The notes: generated by a model not told the origin, from the sequence alone. A DNA stretch of 59,578 nt from Fidelibacterota bacterium (GCA_046482575.1 JAWOEU010000035.1:1-59578), one strand, 5' to 3'; positions 1 through 9,433 are shown, numbered from the stretch's first letter. Made by a program: numbers and translations.

Positions 1-102
1 ACTCATTCCTATAAATACTTCAAGTTGCTTCCATTCTTCATCGGATGGGACATGCCATCCGATGAAGAATGGAAGCAACTTGAAGTATTTATAGGAATGA
101 GT
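1..102. repeat. Perfect inverted repeat (48-bp arms 1-48 and 55-102, 6-nt loop gacatg) that begins exactly at the contig start
   Basis: The reverse complement of 1-48 equals 55-102 base for base, as read directly. Confidence 0.95.
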
Positions 103-447
103 CAGGCAGATGCTGACAGCATTGGTGAAAGAGGTACTATTGCGCCAAAACTTAAATCTTCTAGTGGTTGGGAATACATTATTGATGGTCGATATTATGA
201 TGAAAACGGAACAGATGACTATGGCTTTTCGGTGTTACCTTGCGGTAACAGGCACTATTGGACATCAAGAACAACTGAGTTTGTAAATCTGAATTACGGT
301 ACTGAGTTTTGGACCTCAACTGAAAATAGCGATATTTTTGCTTGGAGTAGACGTTTTAATTGGTCTACTTCATCAATCAGACGTGGTGGATACTGGGTAG
401 GAAAAGTTAATGGTTTCTCTGTAAGGTGTGTTAAAGATACCGAGTGA
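1..447 (+). CDS. FISUMP-domain protein (Fibrobacter succinogenes major paralogous domain type), 5'-truncated at the window edge
   Basis: The frame is open from base 1, and the track start at 25 is a TTG. The pattern GW-x-PSDEEW ... FWTST ... GFSVRCVKD is typical of FISUMP domains. Bases 1-48 mirror 55-102, so the true N-terminus cannot be recovered. Confidence 0.75.
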   Translation, partial: THSYKYFKLLPFFIGWDMPSDEEWKQLEVFIGMSQADADSIGERGTIAPKLKSSSGWEYIIDGRYYDENGTDDYGFSVLPCGNRHYWTSRTTEFVNLNYGTEFWTSTENSDIFAWSRRFNWSTSSIRRGGYWVGKVNGFSVRCVKDTE

Positions 448-744
448 TTTTACGCCTGTTAAATAATACTATAATTTGACCACCGGGGACGTGCATCATA
501 TTGTCCAAACGTCCTTTCAACCAACGTGCCCCATATAGCCCCAACCCCTGGCAATACTGATTACCGCTTCCCATTTTGCCTCGCTGTATGTAGATGGTTC
601 TGCAATATACGCAATTTAATAGATATTTCAAGGGGTCATTATAGGTCTTGCGGGTTTTAACCGGTGGCTTTTTATGTGTCCTATTTGTGTACCCCTAGGT
701 CTAAAAAGCACCGTTTTTCACTACTTTTTCAGTAAAATTAAGGC

Positions 745-781
745 AATAAAAATACCCCTGTAACTACAACGTTAACAGGGG
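745..781 (-). terminator. Rho-independent terminator downstream of the minus-strand tRNA pair
   Basis: Stem cccctgt (755-761) pairs with acagggg (775-781). On the minus strand a T-rich run follows (plus-strand aataaaaata, 745-754). Confidence 0.55.
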
Positions 782-787
782 CTTAAA

Positions 788-863
788 TGGTACGCCGTCA
801 GGGACTTGAACCCCGAACCAACGGATTAAGAGTCCGGTGCTCTACCAATTGAGCTAACGGCGC
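788..863 (-). tRNA. tRNA-Lys (anticodon CTT), CCA encoded
   Basis: Hand-folded cloverleaf of 76 nt: GCGCCGT-TA-GCTC..GAGC, anticodon loop CTCTTAA, T-loop TTCAAGT, 3' end ACGGCGT-A-CCA. Confidence 0.92.
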
Positions 864-983
864 ATGAGTCAGAAGCCAGAAGCCAGAAATCTCCTTCGTT
901 CGTTAGCTGAAGGACTTCGGAGGGCAAGCCGGAAGCTTATGGCGATGGGAATAAGTTATAAGCACATATGGACATTCTGTCGG

Positions 984-1018
984 ATAACTCATAACTCATA
1001 ACTCATAACCCATAACTC
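984..1018. repeat. Tandem heptamer microsatellite (ataactc x5, fourth copy ataaccc) in the tRNA-tRNA spacer
   Basis: Read directly. A second short tandem repeat, cagaagc x2.5, lies at about 870-888. Confidence 0.9.
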
Positions 1019-1026
1019 AAAAAACG

Positions 1027-1100
1027 TACGCACGGAAGGATTTGAACCCTCGGCCTTCGGAACCGGAATCCGACGCTCTATCCAACTGAGCTACGTGCGC
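1027..1100 (-). tRNA. tRNA-Arg (anticodon CCG), no encoded CCA
   Basis: 74 nt: GCGCACG-TA-GCTC AGTTGGATA GAGC, anticodon loop TTCCGGT, T-loop TTCAAAT, 3' end CGTGCGT-A. Confidence 0.92.
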
Positions 1101-1176
1101 TCTTATCAACAAGCCAAGCAATATAACAAGTAGCTTGTGGTTTTCAAAATTGAAAAATGCTTTTTTTGCCGCCGTG

Positions 1177-3561
1177 TTATTTTAAGGTCATCCGGTATAC
1201 CGAACTTCCCCTGACCAGCTGTTTGCTCACGAAATCTTTCCGGTACTGCCCGTCGAGGAAAAGTTCTGTCTGATCACAGTAGTAAGCGCTTTTCGGAATG
1301 CCCGAGGTGCCCGTGGGGATTACGGAGAGTGAGCGGTCCCAGTCGTCCGTGGTATAAATATGCCGCTGGGAGGGCCCGTGTTTGACCTTGAAGGGATCAT
1401 AATAGCGGTATACAAAGGGCGAAGGATTGAAACAGTCGCCGCCGACGGCATACGGTCCGCGGTTCAGGCTGAAAAAGCGGTTCAGGATATTCACACCGCC
1501 CATGGGATGCTCCAGTGTCAGCGTATGGATGTCTCCCCATTCCCATTTTTCAGGATCGTCTCCCAGTTTTTCACTCAGTTCGGTCACCGCGGCCTTGAAA
1601 GCGATCTCCACCATGTCGTCAAACTGCTCAATGACATTGGGGGTATTCACGTTGTCCAGCCAGGGGGACTGCGGATCCCGCCAGACATTTTCCATGTAAT
1701 TTCGGACAAAAGAGCTGCTGCGGAGCAGCATGTCGTAATGCAGGCTGTCGAGTTCGTCGCTGACCGTCTGTTTGAGGAACTGCATGTAAAAGGTTTCAAG
1801 AATGCAGGGTGCGGCCGCCTCTTTATCCAGGACGCCGTCCCAGGTCTTCAGCAGTGCATAGGCTTTTTGTTCCGTCTGGCTTAAGTCCGCATGGTTCAGT
1901 GCCGTGCTCAGGCCGGATTTGAAATTACGGAAAAGCAGGGACTGCTGGTCAAGCTGTACATTTTTCATATCCACGACACCCAGGTAATTTTTCTGTCCGA
2001 GTAATTCCCGTATGCGGTCAATACGGTACGGAACCTCCGGCCAGTGACTGATGGGCTGGCCGTATCGGTCATCGGCGATGCGGTTGTTTGCGGAAGAGAC
2101 CATCCCTGACTCCGGGTTATAGCTGTGAGGGAGTTTCTCAAAATCCATCAGCCCCGTCCAGTCGTATTCATCCGTTTCTCCGGGATAAATTGCATAAGAA
2201 TGGTCTTTTTTAAGCGGTACGCCGGCGGCGGTCTGCAGACCGATGTTTCCCTCAACATCCGCGTAGCAGATGTTCTGGCTGACGGCCTTGAAATGGCTGC
2301 AGGCCTCGCGGAAATCGTTCCAGTTACGGGCATGGTTCAGGCGGTAAACTCCCAGGATCTCATTGCTTCTTTCGTTCCCGATCCAGCGCATGGAAATAGC
2401 CGCTTCGTCAATGTCCCTGAATGAAGAAATGACCGGCCCCCGGTGCGTAAAGCGCAGGGTGCGGGTATGCGTGTCCCCGGATTTTGTTTTAATGGCCTCT
2501 TCGCGGACATGCAGGTCCACCCAGTTGCCGTTGAAAAAATATTTTGTGGAGTCCGGACTCAGTCGCTCGATATAAAAATCGGTATCATCAATACCTACAT
2601 TGGTCATGCCCCAGGCAATGTGATCGTTGTGCCCGCAGATCACAAAGGGCTGGCCGGGTACGGCGACGCCGGTCACATTGACCTTGTTCTCAACCACGCA
2701 GTGCATCTGGTACCAGATGCCGGGTGCAAAATACCCCAGATGCATGTCATTGCACATGATCGCTGCTCCGCTGCGGGTCTTATAACCGTTGACCGCCCAG
2801 TTATTGCTTCCGTGAAAGACCCCGGTGAGGCCGATATCCCGCATCTTTTCAAAGGCCGTATACAGGGGAGTTGATATAACGGTATCCTCAAGACCGGGAT
2901 AAACCAGGGTCTGGTGTACATCCGGGTCGGGCAGGAACGCGCGGATCTTTGCTTCCCCCACTTGCCTGCGCAGCTGATGGAGGGATATCTTGCTGCGGTA
3001 TCCGCCGGTCAGGTCCCAGGACATATATCCTATCATATTCACGGAATGCTTGGGTTCCCAGGGTTCCGGCTCATAGCCCAGGATGGTGAATTCCGGGGGC
3101 AGTTTTTTCCCAAGGCTTTCAATATACTGATTGACGCCGTCGGAAAAAGCAATAAGCGAAAGGCGTATTTCGGGATCCAGATCTTTCAGTACCTGCTCCG
3201 ATTTGTCCTCAATACGCAATGCGCGCATGATGAGATCGGTCTCCAGAAGGTCTTCGCCGAAGATCTCGGAAAGGCGCCCTGTGGTCCCCCGGCGCATCAG
3301 GTCCATCTGCCAGAGACGGTCCTGGGCCATCACATATCCCACCGCGCGGTAAAGATCCTCCTCGGTCTGTGCATAAATGTGGGGGACGGCATGCTCGTCG
3401 CGGAAGATCTCCACGCTTGCCGTCATATTCCGCAGATCAACGTCTTTGTCATAGTCCGGCAGACCGCGCGAGGCGATCCGGTCGACAAGAAAAAGTCCGG
3501 ATAAAAAAACAACCACCAGAATAAGCAGAAGGATCTGCAGGACGCGCAGGAAAGTTTTCAT
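1177..3561 (-). CDS. Penicillin acylase family Ntn-hydrolase (penicillin/AHL-acylase-like), secreted or membrane-anchored
   Basis: 794 aa with an N-terminal hydrophobic anchor. The GSNNWAV autoprocessing/nucleophile Ser motif is present, and the length and layout are typical of the family. Confidence 0.9.
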   Translation of the reverse strand: MKTFLRVLQILLLILVVVFLSGLFLVDRIASRGLPDYDKDVDLRNMTASVEIFRDEHAVPHIYAQTEEDLYRAVGYVMAQDRLWQMDLMRRGTTGRLSEIFGEDLLETDLIMRALRIEDKSEQVLKDLDPEIRLSLIAFSDGVNQYIESLGKKLPPEFTILGYEPEPWEPKHSVNMIGYMSWDLTGGYRSKISLHQLRRQVGEAKIRAFLPDPDVHQTLVYPGLEDTVISTPLYTAFEKMRDIGLTGVFHGSNNWAVNGYKTRSGAAIMCNDMHLGYFAPGIWYQMHCVVENKVNVTGVAVPGQPFVICGHNDHIAWGMTNVGIDDTDFYIERLSPDSTKYFFNGNWVDLHVREEAIKTKSGDTHTRTLRFTHRGPVISSFRDIDEAAISMRWIGNERSNEILGVYRLNHARNWNDFREACSHFKAVSQNICYADVEGNIGLQTAAGVPLKKDHSYAIYPGETDEYDWTGLMDFEKLPHSYNPESGMVSSANNRIADDRYGQPISHWPEVPYRIDRIRELLGQKNYLGVVDMKNVQLDQQSLLFRNFKSGLSTALNHADLSQTEQKAYALLKTWDGVLDKEAAAPCILETFYMQFLKQTVSDELDSLHYDMLLRSSSFVRNYMENVWRDPQSPWLDNVNTPNVIEQFDDMVEIAFKAAVTELSEKLGDDPEKWEWGDIHTLTLEHPMGGVNILNRFFSLNRGPYAVGGDCFNPSPFVYRYYDPFKVKHGPSQRHIYTTDDWDRSLSVIPTGTSGIPKSAYYCDQTELFLDGQYRKDFVSKQLVRGSSVYRMTLK

Positions 3562-3598
3562 CTTATACTCCCGTTATCAGTTATGTTCTATCACGATG

Positions 3599-4897
3599 TC
3601 AGGAATTCATGGTGCGGAGAAATTCTTTATTGCTTTTCGTATGCGACATCCGGTCGATCATGAATTCCATTGCCTCCATCGGGCTCATTTCGTTCAGGAA
3701 TTTCCGCAGTATCCAGACGCGTGCAAGTTCTTTCTGGGAAAGCAGCAGCTCTTCCTTTCGCGTTCCGGAACGGTTGATATCGATAGAAGGGAAAATGCGG
3801 CGGTCGCTGAGACGGCGGTCGAGCACGAGCTCCATGTTCCCGGTTCCCTTGAATTCCTCGAAAATAACGTCATCCATGCGGCTGCCGGTATCGATGAGGG
3901 CGGTGGCGATAATGGTCAGACTGCCGCCGTTCTCAATGTTTCTTGCCGCCCCGAAAAAACGTTTGGGTTTGTGCAGGGCATTGCTGTCGATCCCGCCGGA
4001 GAGGATTTTGCCCGAATGGGGGACCACGGCGTTGTGCGCGCGGCCGAGGCGGGTGATACTGTCCAGAAGTATGACCACATCCTGTCCGTATTCCACAAGC
4101 CGCTTGGATTTTTCAAGGACCATTTCCGAGACCTGGACATGACGTTCGGGGGGTTCGTCGAACGTGGAGCTGATGACCTCGGCATTCACATGGCGTTCCA
4201 TGTCCGTTACCTCTTCCGGCCGCTCGTCGATCAGCAGAACCATGAGAATGACTTCCGGATGATTTGCAAGAATACAGTTTGCGATCTTCTGAAGCAGAAT
4301 AGTCTTACCCGTTTTGGGCTGAGCGGTTATCAGTCCCCGCTGACCCTTGCCGATAGGAGTCAAAAGATCCATGATCCGGGTCGAATAATCATTTTCGTCG
4401 TAACGTTCAAGATGCAGCCGCATTTCCGGATACAATGGTGTCAGATTTTCAAAGGCTTCCAGGCTTTTCGCCATGGAAGGATCCTGATTGTTAATGGCTT
4501 CCACTTTCAGCAGAGCGAAAAATTTCTCTCCTTCTTTCGGGGGACGGAGCTGCCCGGAGACCATATGCCCCGTTTTGAGTCCGAAACGGCGTATCTGGGT
4601 GGGGGCTACGTATACGTCAAGTTCACTGCTCAGATAACTGAAACGCAAGCTGCGCAAAAAACCGTATCCGTCGGGGAGGACTTCCATAATGCCCATTTCA
4701 AATACATGTCCGCCGCTTTCTGCCTGAGAGGCGAGGATCTTAAAAACCAGTTCCTGTTTTTTCAGATTTTGCACGCCGGGAACTTCAAAATCAATTGCCA
4801 GTTCCTGTAATTTTTTTAATGTAAATTCATGAAGTTGAGAAATCGTATAATGTGCCGTTTTCTCTTGCTCGTTTAATGTAATAACTGTTTTTCCCAC
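3599..4897 (-). CDS. rho: Transcription termination factor Rho
   Basis: Rho N-terminal and RNA-binding region (DGYGFLR), Walker [16 protein letters not shown], and full-length Rho architecture. Confidence 0.97.
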   Translation of the reverse strand: MGKTVITLNEQEKTAHYTISQLHEFTLKKLQELAIDFEVPGVQNLKKQELVFKILASQAESGGHVFEMGIMEVLPDGYGFLRSLRFSYLSSELDVYVAPTQIRRFGLKTGHMVSGQLRPPKEGEKFFALLKVEAINNQDPSMAKSLEAFENLTPLYPEMRLHLERYDENDYSTRIMDLLTPIGKGQRGLITAQPKTGKTILLQKIANCILANHPEVILMVLLIDERPEEVTDMERHVNAEVISSTFDEPPERHVQVSEMVLEKSKRLVEYGQDVVILLDSITRLGRAHNAVVPHSGKILSGGIDSNALHKPKRFFGAARNIENGGSLTIIATALIDTGSRMDDVIFEEFKGTGNMELVLDRRLSDRRIFPSIDINRSGTRKEELLLSQKELARVWILRKFLNEMSPMEAMEFMIDRMSHTKSNKEFLRTMNS

Positions 4898-5312
4898 AGA
4901 GATTCCTATTTAATTTTGGTTTGAGATATTAAAGTACGATGTTGTGCTGTAACATAATTAAGTTGTTACACCTTGTCAAGCTGAAAAATAAAAATTGTTT
5001 TAAAGATAATTCCGCAGATGATGTCACCGTAAAGGGCTTAGGCGGATAATAATGACACTGGTATTTTCCGGGATCGTACGGAGGGACCGTACGGGAATGT
5101 GGTAAGATCAGGAACGGAAAAAGTCCGTCACGATACAGGAAAACACTTTTTTGTAACGCTCTTTTACAAACAGCAATATTTTTCCCGGATATAAAAATTA
5201 ATTATTCCCCTAAGAAATTGTTTTTTTTGAAAATGAATGCAGGAATAAAAAAATACACAAAAAATTGATTTGATTTTATTTTCTACATGTTGTATAATAA
5301 TTTTCGCGCGTT

Positions 5313-5328
5313 ACACTATATGTAGTAT
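5313..5328. promoter_or_regulatory. Candidate NrdR box directly upstream of nrdJ
   Basis: ACACTATATGTAGTAT matches 14 of 16 positions of the published NrdR palindrome acaCwAtATaTwGtgt. It lies 17 nt before the ATG at 5345. Confidence 0.55.
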
Positions 5329-5344
5329 AACTAGTTATTAACTA

Positions 5345-7867
5345 ATGCAGATTGGGGTGCAGATGTCTTTCAAGAATATGTTCAAATATCGCGGTAAATT
5401 CTCAAAAATGGTGGGCGAAGACAAGATAAAAAGTTATCAGAATCTGTATGAACATCTTCGTGCAGAAATTGAAATGAAGAATCTGCCGGTGCACGAAAAC
5501 TATTTGAACGATAATGAACTGGCGGAAAGTATCTATAAGAAAAAGTATTATCTCCGCGATCATGAGGGAAAAGATATTGAACATTGTCCCGAAGATGTTT
5601 TTGTGCGGATAGCATCTTTTGTTGCGGCACAGGAAACCTCAAAGATCAAGCAGGTCCAGTGGGCGGAGCATTTCTATAATGATCTTTACAACGGGTACTG
5701 GATCCCCGGCGGCCGTGTGCTTGCCGGAGCCGGTGATCTTTACCGTTTGAAAACGCTTGCCAATTGTTTTGTGACCGCTATTGAAGAGGATAATATCGAA
5801 TCGATATATAAAGCCGCCTCGGAATGTGCGCGCACCTACTCGTACGGCGGCGGTATCGGTGTAGATATAAGTCCCCTGCGCCCGCGTGATTCTGTCGTGC
5901 ATAATGCTGCGGACAGTTCAACCGGTGCGGTATCATTCATGGAATTGTTTTCCATGACCACCGGTCTTATCGGGCAATCCGGACGCCGCGGTGCGCTTAT
6001 GCTGACACTCGATGTCAAACATCCCGATATCTTTCACTTTATCAAGGTAAAGAAGATGCCGAACTGGGTGACCAAACAGGTTGTTGAACAATGCCGGTGG
6101 AGTGGAAAATTCACAGGAGAACAGCTTTCGGAAATACGGCGGCAGGTAATGGATAATACGCAGATACGTTTTGCAAACATTTCCATTAAAGTTTCAGACG
6201 AGTTTATGCAGGCTGTCAAAGAGGAAAATGAATACAAACGCGATACGATCCTTATTTACCGGAAAAAGCACAAGTTCCGGCTTACTGAAGCGCTGCAGGA
6301 CAAAGGTCACTATTATTCCCTGGGTATTCCCAGCAAAAATATCGATGACTATGAGCTCCTGAAAACGTTTTCCGATACGGAAAAAATGAACGAATGGCTG
6401 GAAGAACATTTCGGGCAGTGTGTTCAGGAAGAAAACCTGAAAGACGGACAAAAACGCGATGTTTACGGCGATTATTTATTGGATATCGGGAAAAATGACT
6501 GGGAACTCGCTATAAAATACTCAGGCGATTTCCTTCTTTATTTTGCTTCCACTCCTTCCGGAGAGATACGCAAGCTTATCAAAGCGCGTGATATCTGGAA
6601 TCAGTTTGTGGAATCAAATTATCATTCGGCGGAACCCGGACTGATATTCTGGACCAAAATGGGCAAATATTCGCCTTCCAATTATGTGGATCGCCCTGTG
6701 ATCTCAACCAATCCATGTGCAGAAGTACCACTTGAAAGCGGTGGCGCCTGTAATCTGGGTTCGGTCAATCTCAGTCGTTTCGTGATGGAAAGTTTCACGA
6801 GAAAAGCGAAGATCGACTGGGAAAAGTTACGGATAGCCACAGGCAATTGTGTGCGTTTTCTTGATAATGTTGTCAGCTGGAATGAAATGCTGAATCCCCT
6901 GGAAAAGCAACGCGATGCCGCAACAGAAACACGCCGGCTGGGACTGGGTATTATGGGAATAGCGGATATGCTTTTTCAGCTGGGGATCGATTATGATTCC
7001 CCGAGAGGCATTGAGGTTATGGAAGAGGTAATGAGTTTTATTAATGACACGGCGTATCTGACCTCCTCTAAACTTGCAAAAGAAAAAGGGCCCTCTGATA
7101 TTTTTGATGTTGATAAATATGCCCGGTGCCCTTTCTATCACGACGCACTGTCCGATGAAAGCCGTGAACATATTCAGCAGTTTGGTCTGCGCAATATTGC
7201 CGTTACCTCAATTGCTCCCACGGGAACGATCAGCAATATTGTAAAATCTTTTGAGATAGGAAAAAATAACTATATCGGGGTCAGCGGCGGTATTGAACCG
7301 CTTTTTGCGCTTTTTTATACACGACGTGCCGAATCCTTCGACAATCGCTTCTTTCAGGTTTTCCACTCCACCCTTCAGGCCTATCTTGATCTGAACAATC
7401 TGAATGACAAAATACAGGACGTAAAAAAAGAATTCGATCTGGAGGATGTTCTGCCTGCATGTTTCTTTAAGACGGCTCACACCGTATCTTATGAGAAACG
7501 TCTTGATATACAGGGGGTGTGTCAGCGTTATATCGACCACTCCATTTCTTCCACTATCAATCTTCCCGAGGATATCGAACCGGAAGTCATTTCAACCATT
7601 TATCTGGAAGCATGGGCAAGGGGACTTAAGGGCATTACCATATACCGGGACGGGAGTCGTTTTCCCATCCTGAGTGTAAAAGGTGAAAAAACGGATTTTC
7701 AGGAATTCCGTGAAAAACACTTTGAGATGGAGATCGATAAGGACAAGGTGGTTGAATTTACCGGAGACGAAATCATGGTTCTGGAAGACGGTACGCTTTC
7801 CACTCCCTTTCACTATTTCCGTAAGACAATGGGAGTGAAGGACGCTAAAGAGATCGAGGTCGTATAA
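5345..7867 (+). CDS. nrdJ: Class II (adenosylcobalamin-dependent) ribonucleotide reductase, large N-terminal part (NrdJa-like)
   Basis: TNPCAEVPLESGGACNLGSVNL active-site region and class II RNR layout, with no ATP-cone. An alternative start ATG at 5363 has GGGG 4-5 nt upstream. Confidence 0.92.
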   Translation: MQIGVQMSFKNMFKYRGKFSKMVGEDKIKSYQNLYEHLRAEIEMKNLPVHENYLNDNELAESIYKKKYYLRDHEGKDIEHCPEDVFVRIASFVAAQETSKIKQVQWAEHFYNDLYNGYWIPGGRVLAGAGDLYRLKTLANCFVTAIEEDNIESIYKAASECARTYSYGGGIGVDISPLRPRDSVVHNAADSSTGAVSFMELFSMTTGLIGQSGRRGALMLTLDVKHPDIFHFIKVKKMPNWVTKQVVEQCRWSGKFTGEQLSEIRRQVMDNTQIRFANISIKVSDEFMQAVKEENEYKRDTILIYRKKHKFRLTEALQDKGHYYSLGIPSKNIDDYELLKTFSDTEKMNEWLEEHFGQCVQEENLKDGQKRDVYGDYLLDIGKNDWELAIKYSGDFLLYFASTPSGEIRKLIKARDIWNQFVESNYHSAEPGLIFWTKMGKYSPSNYVDRPVISTNPCAEVPLESGGACNLGSVNLSRFVMESFTRKAKIDWEKLRIATGNCVRFLDNVVSWNEMLNPLEKQRDAATETRRLGLGIMGIADMLFQLGIDYDSPRGIEVMEEVMSFINDTAYLTSSKLAKEKGPSDIFDVDKYARCPFYHDALSDESREHIQQFGLRNIAVTSIAPTGTISNIVKSFEIGKNNYIGVSGGIEPLFALFYTRRAESFDNRFFQVFHSTLQAYLDLNNLNDKIQDVKKEFDLEDVLPACFFKTAHTVSYEKRLDIQGVCQRYIDHSISSTINLPEDIEPEVISTIYLEAWARGLKGITIYRDGSRFPILSVKGEKTDFQEFREKHFEMEIDKDKVVEFTGDEIMVLEDGTLSTPFHYFRKTMGVKDAKEIEVV

Positions 7868-8496
7868 TGTTAAACTACAGCAAAGAATACCGCATACGGG
7901 AAAAGAAAATCGAGAAAAAAGAAGAAAAGCCCCCGCAACCGCTTACGCTTAAAAGACCGGATGTGGTTGATGCAAAAGTCTATAAAATTAAAAGTCCGTT
8001 CGTAAAATTCAATGTCTATGTAACATTGGGTTATATCATGGAGTACGGCCGGAAACGCCCTATTGAAATATTCATCAATTCAAAAGATCTTACCCATTCC
8101 GCGCAGTATGCCGTCTTGACCCGCCTTATTTCCGCGATATTCCGCCGCGCGGGAGATGCGCAATTCATTCTGGAAGAGCTGCGCAGCATCTATGATCCGA
8201 ACGGCGGCTATTTCAAGGAAGGCAAATATATTCATTCGTTCTATTCCGAAGTTGCGGATGTGATCGAGCGGTTTTTTCGCGATGAAGGCATTCTGAATGC
8301 TCCTGAACAGGGCGAGCAGATCAACATTCCGATAAAAACCCAGTTAACGGCGCAACATACGATCACCGACAATGAAAATGATCCCACAAATAACAACACT
8401 TTTAAAATATGCCCGGAATGCAACAGCCGGGCGCTGAAATATGAGAACGGCTGCGAGTTCTGTGTGCAGTGCGGGTATACGAAGTGTGACAAATAG
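7867..8496 (+). CDS. NrdJb-like C-terminal segment of class II RNR with a cysteine-rich zinc ribbon
   Basis: TAATG stop/start overlap with nrdJ. The N-terminal half resembles the C-terminal block of single-chain class II RNRs (RP..V.A.VYKIK..., PIEIFINSK, LTRLISAIFR). The C-terminus is CxxC-x10-CxxCxxC-x4-C. Confidence 0.7.
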   Translation: MLNYSKEYRIREKKIEKKEEKPPQPLTLKRPDVVDAKVYKIKSPFVKFNVYVTLGYIMEYGRKRPIEIFINSKDLTHSAQYAVLTRLISAIFRRAGDAQFILEELRSIYDPNGGYFKEGKYIHSFYSEVADVIERFFRDEGILNAPEQGEQINIPIKTQLTAQHTITDNENDPTNNNTFKICPECNSRALKYENGCEFCVQCGYTKCDK

Positions 8497-8670
8497 TGAT
8501 TCGTGAATCATAAAACGGCAATCGGGATTCGTGAAACATACCGCCGATGCATCCCCAGCCTGAGATCTGCTGTTCCCATCCTTAAACGCTAGCATTATAT
8601 GTCACCAAAACGTTTCGGTGATCTTATTGTTTTCCATTGAAATATTACGTTATCCTGCGTAATTTCCATT

Positions 8671-9318
8671 ATGGAACTGATACTTTTTCTGCTTAGTGTT
8701 TTCGTTATTTCTTTTACGGGTGCAATGATGCCCGGACCCGTTACTGCCGTTGTCCTTGCCAATGCCGGAAGATCACCGTATGCGGGATTTATTGTAGCAG
8801 CCGGACATGCGGTGATCGAGATTCCGCTTATCCTGTTTTTAGCGGTATACGCCGCAAATTTTATGGAAAATCCACTGGTATATGTGATCATCGCTTTTGC
8901 AGGCGCCGCTATGCTGGTCTATCTTGGTGTGGAAATGATCCTGTCCGCCGATAAAGAAATAAATTTGCAGAAAGAAAGCAGAGGAGCCTTTATCGGCGGG
9001 ATAATAACAAGTATTAATCCCTATTTTATTCTGTGGTGGGCGACGACGGGACTCGCGTTGATCCTTCAGGCACGGAGTTTCGGTTCATGGGCACTGATAT
9101 TTTTCATTGCCGTCCATCTTTCCGTCGATTTTATCTGGGACGGCGCGCTTGGCTGGCTGACAAACCGTTCCGGGGTTTTCAAATACCGGAAAGCGCAAAA
9201 GATCATTTACATTATCCTCGGCATCTGTCTGATTCTTATCGCCGTATATTTTGCCCTTACCGGCGTTAGAGCGTTGCCGGGAACGGGAATATTTGCAAAT
9301 AATCGAATAATTATTTGA
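8671..9318 (+). CDS. LysE/RhtB-family amino-acid exporter
   Basis: 215 aa with about 6 hydrophobic helices and an N-terminal F.GAMMPGP motif typical of the LysE family. Confidence 0.8.
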   Translation: MELILFLLSVFVISFTGAMMPGPVTAVVLANAGRSPYAGFIVAAGHAVIEIPLILFLAVYAANFMENPLVYVIIAFAGAAMLVYLGVEMILSADKEINLQKESRGAFIGGIITSINPYFILWWATTGLALILQARSFGSWALIFFIAVHLSVDFIWDGALGWLTNRSGVFKYRKAQKIIYIILGICLILIAVYFALTGVRALPGTGIFANNRIII

Positions 9319-9433
9319 CTTTTTGCTATATTTGACAGATATTACTTTGCTTTGTGGTTGTTCTTTATAAAAGAGGTGATTCGGAACATTGAATGCATTA
9401 ACATACATGGATGCCCAAAGGGACCAAAATCAT

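Noticed and set aside
1-102. The terminal palindrome as a genuine covalently closed hairpin telomere of a linear replicon
   Set aside because: The symmetry axis lies inside a normal FISUMP-domain coding sequence, and the mirror arm encodes nonsense relative to the family. An assembly or amplification fold-back is far more likely.
431-631. 66-aa minus-strand ORF after the FISUMP gene
   Set aside because: It has no RBS, a compositionally odd Cys/Gly/Arg-rich translation, and it overlaps the 3' end of the convergent gene. The weak GGACGT/ACGTCC hairpin at 487-514 was also not convincing as a terminator.
3596-4810. 404-aa ORF antisense to rho, and the similar long antisense ORFs 1360..1884, 2914..3504, 22713..23282, 35597..36169, 52770..53402 and 53937..54365
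   Set aside because: Each lies fully inside a confidently identified gene on the other strand and has low-complexity, motif-free translations. These are typical shadow ORFs.
4898-5344. Cobalamin riboswitch or other riboswitch in the 447-nt rho/nrdJ divergent region
   Set aside because: I found no B12-box (GCCACTG-like) or other recognisable riboswitch core. The only notable motif is a short cgtacgg repeat near 5078-5100. The region is mostly AT-rich promoter/leader sequence.
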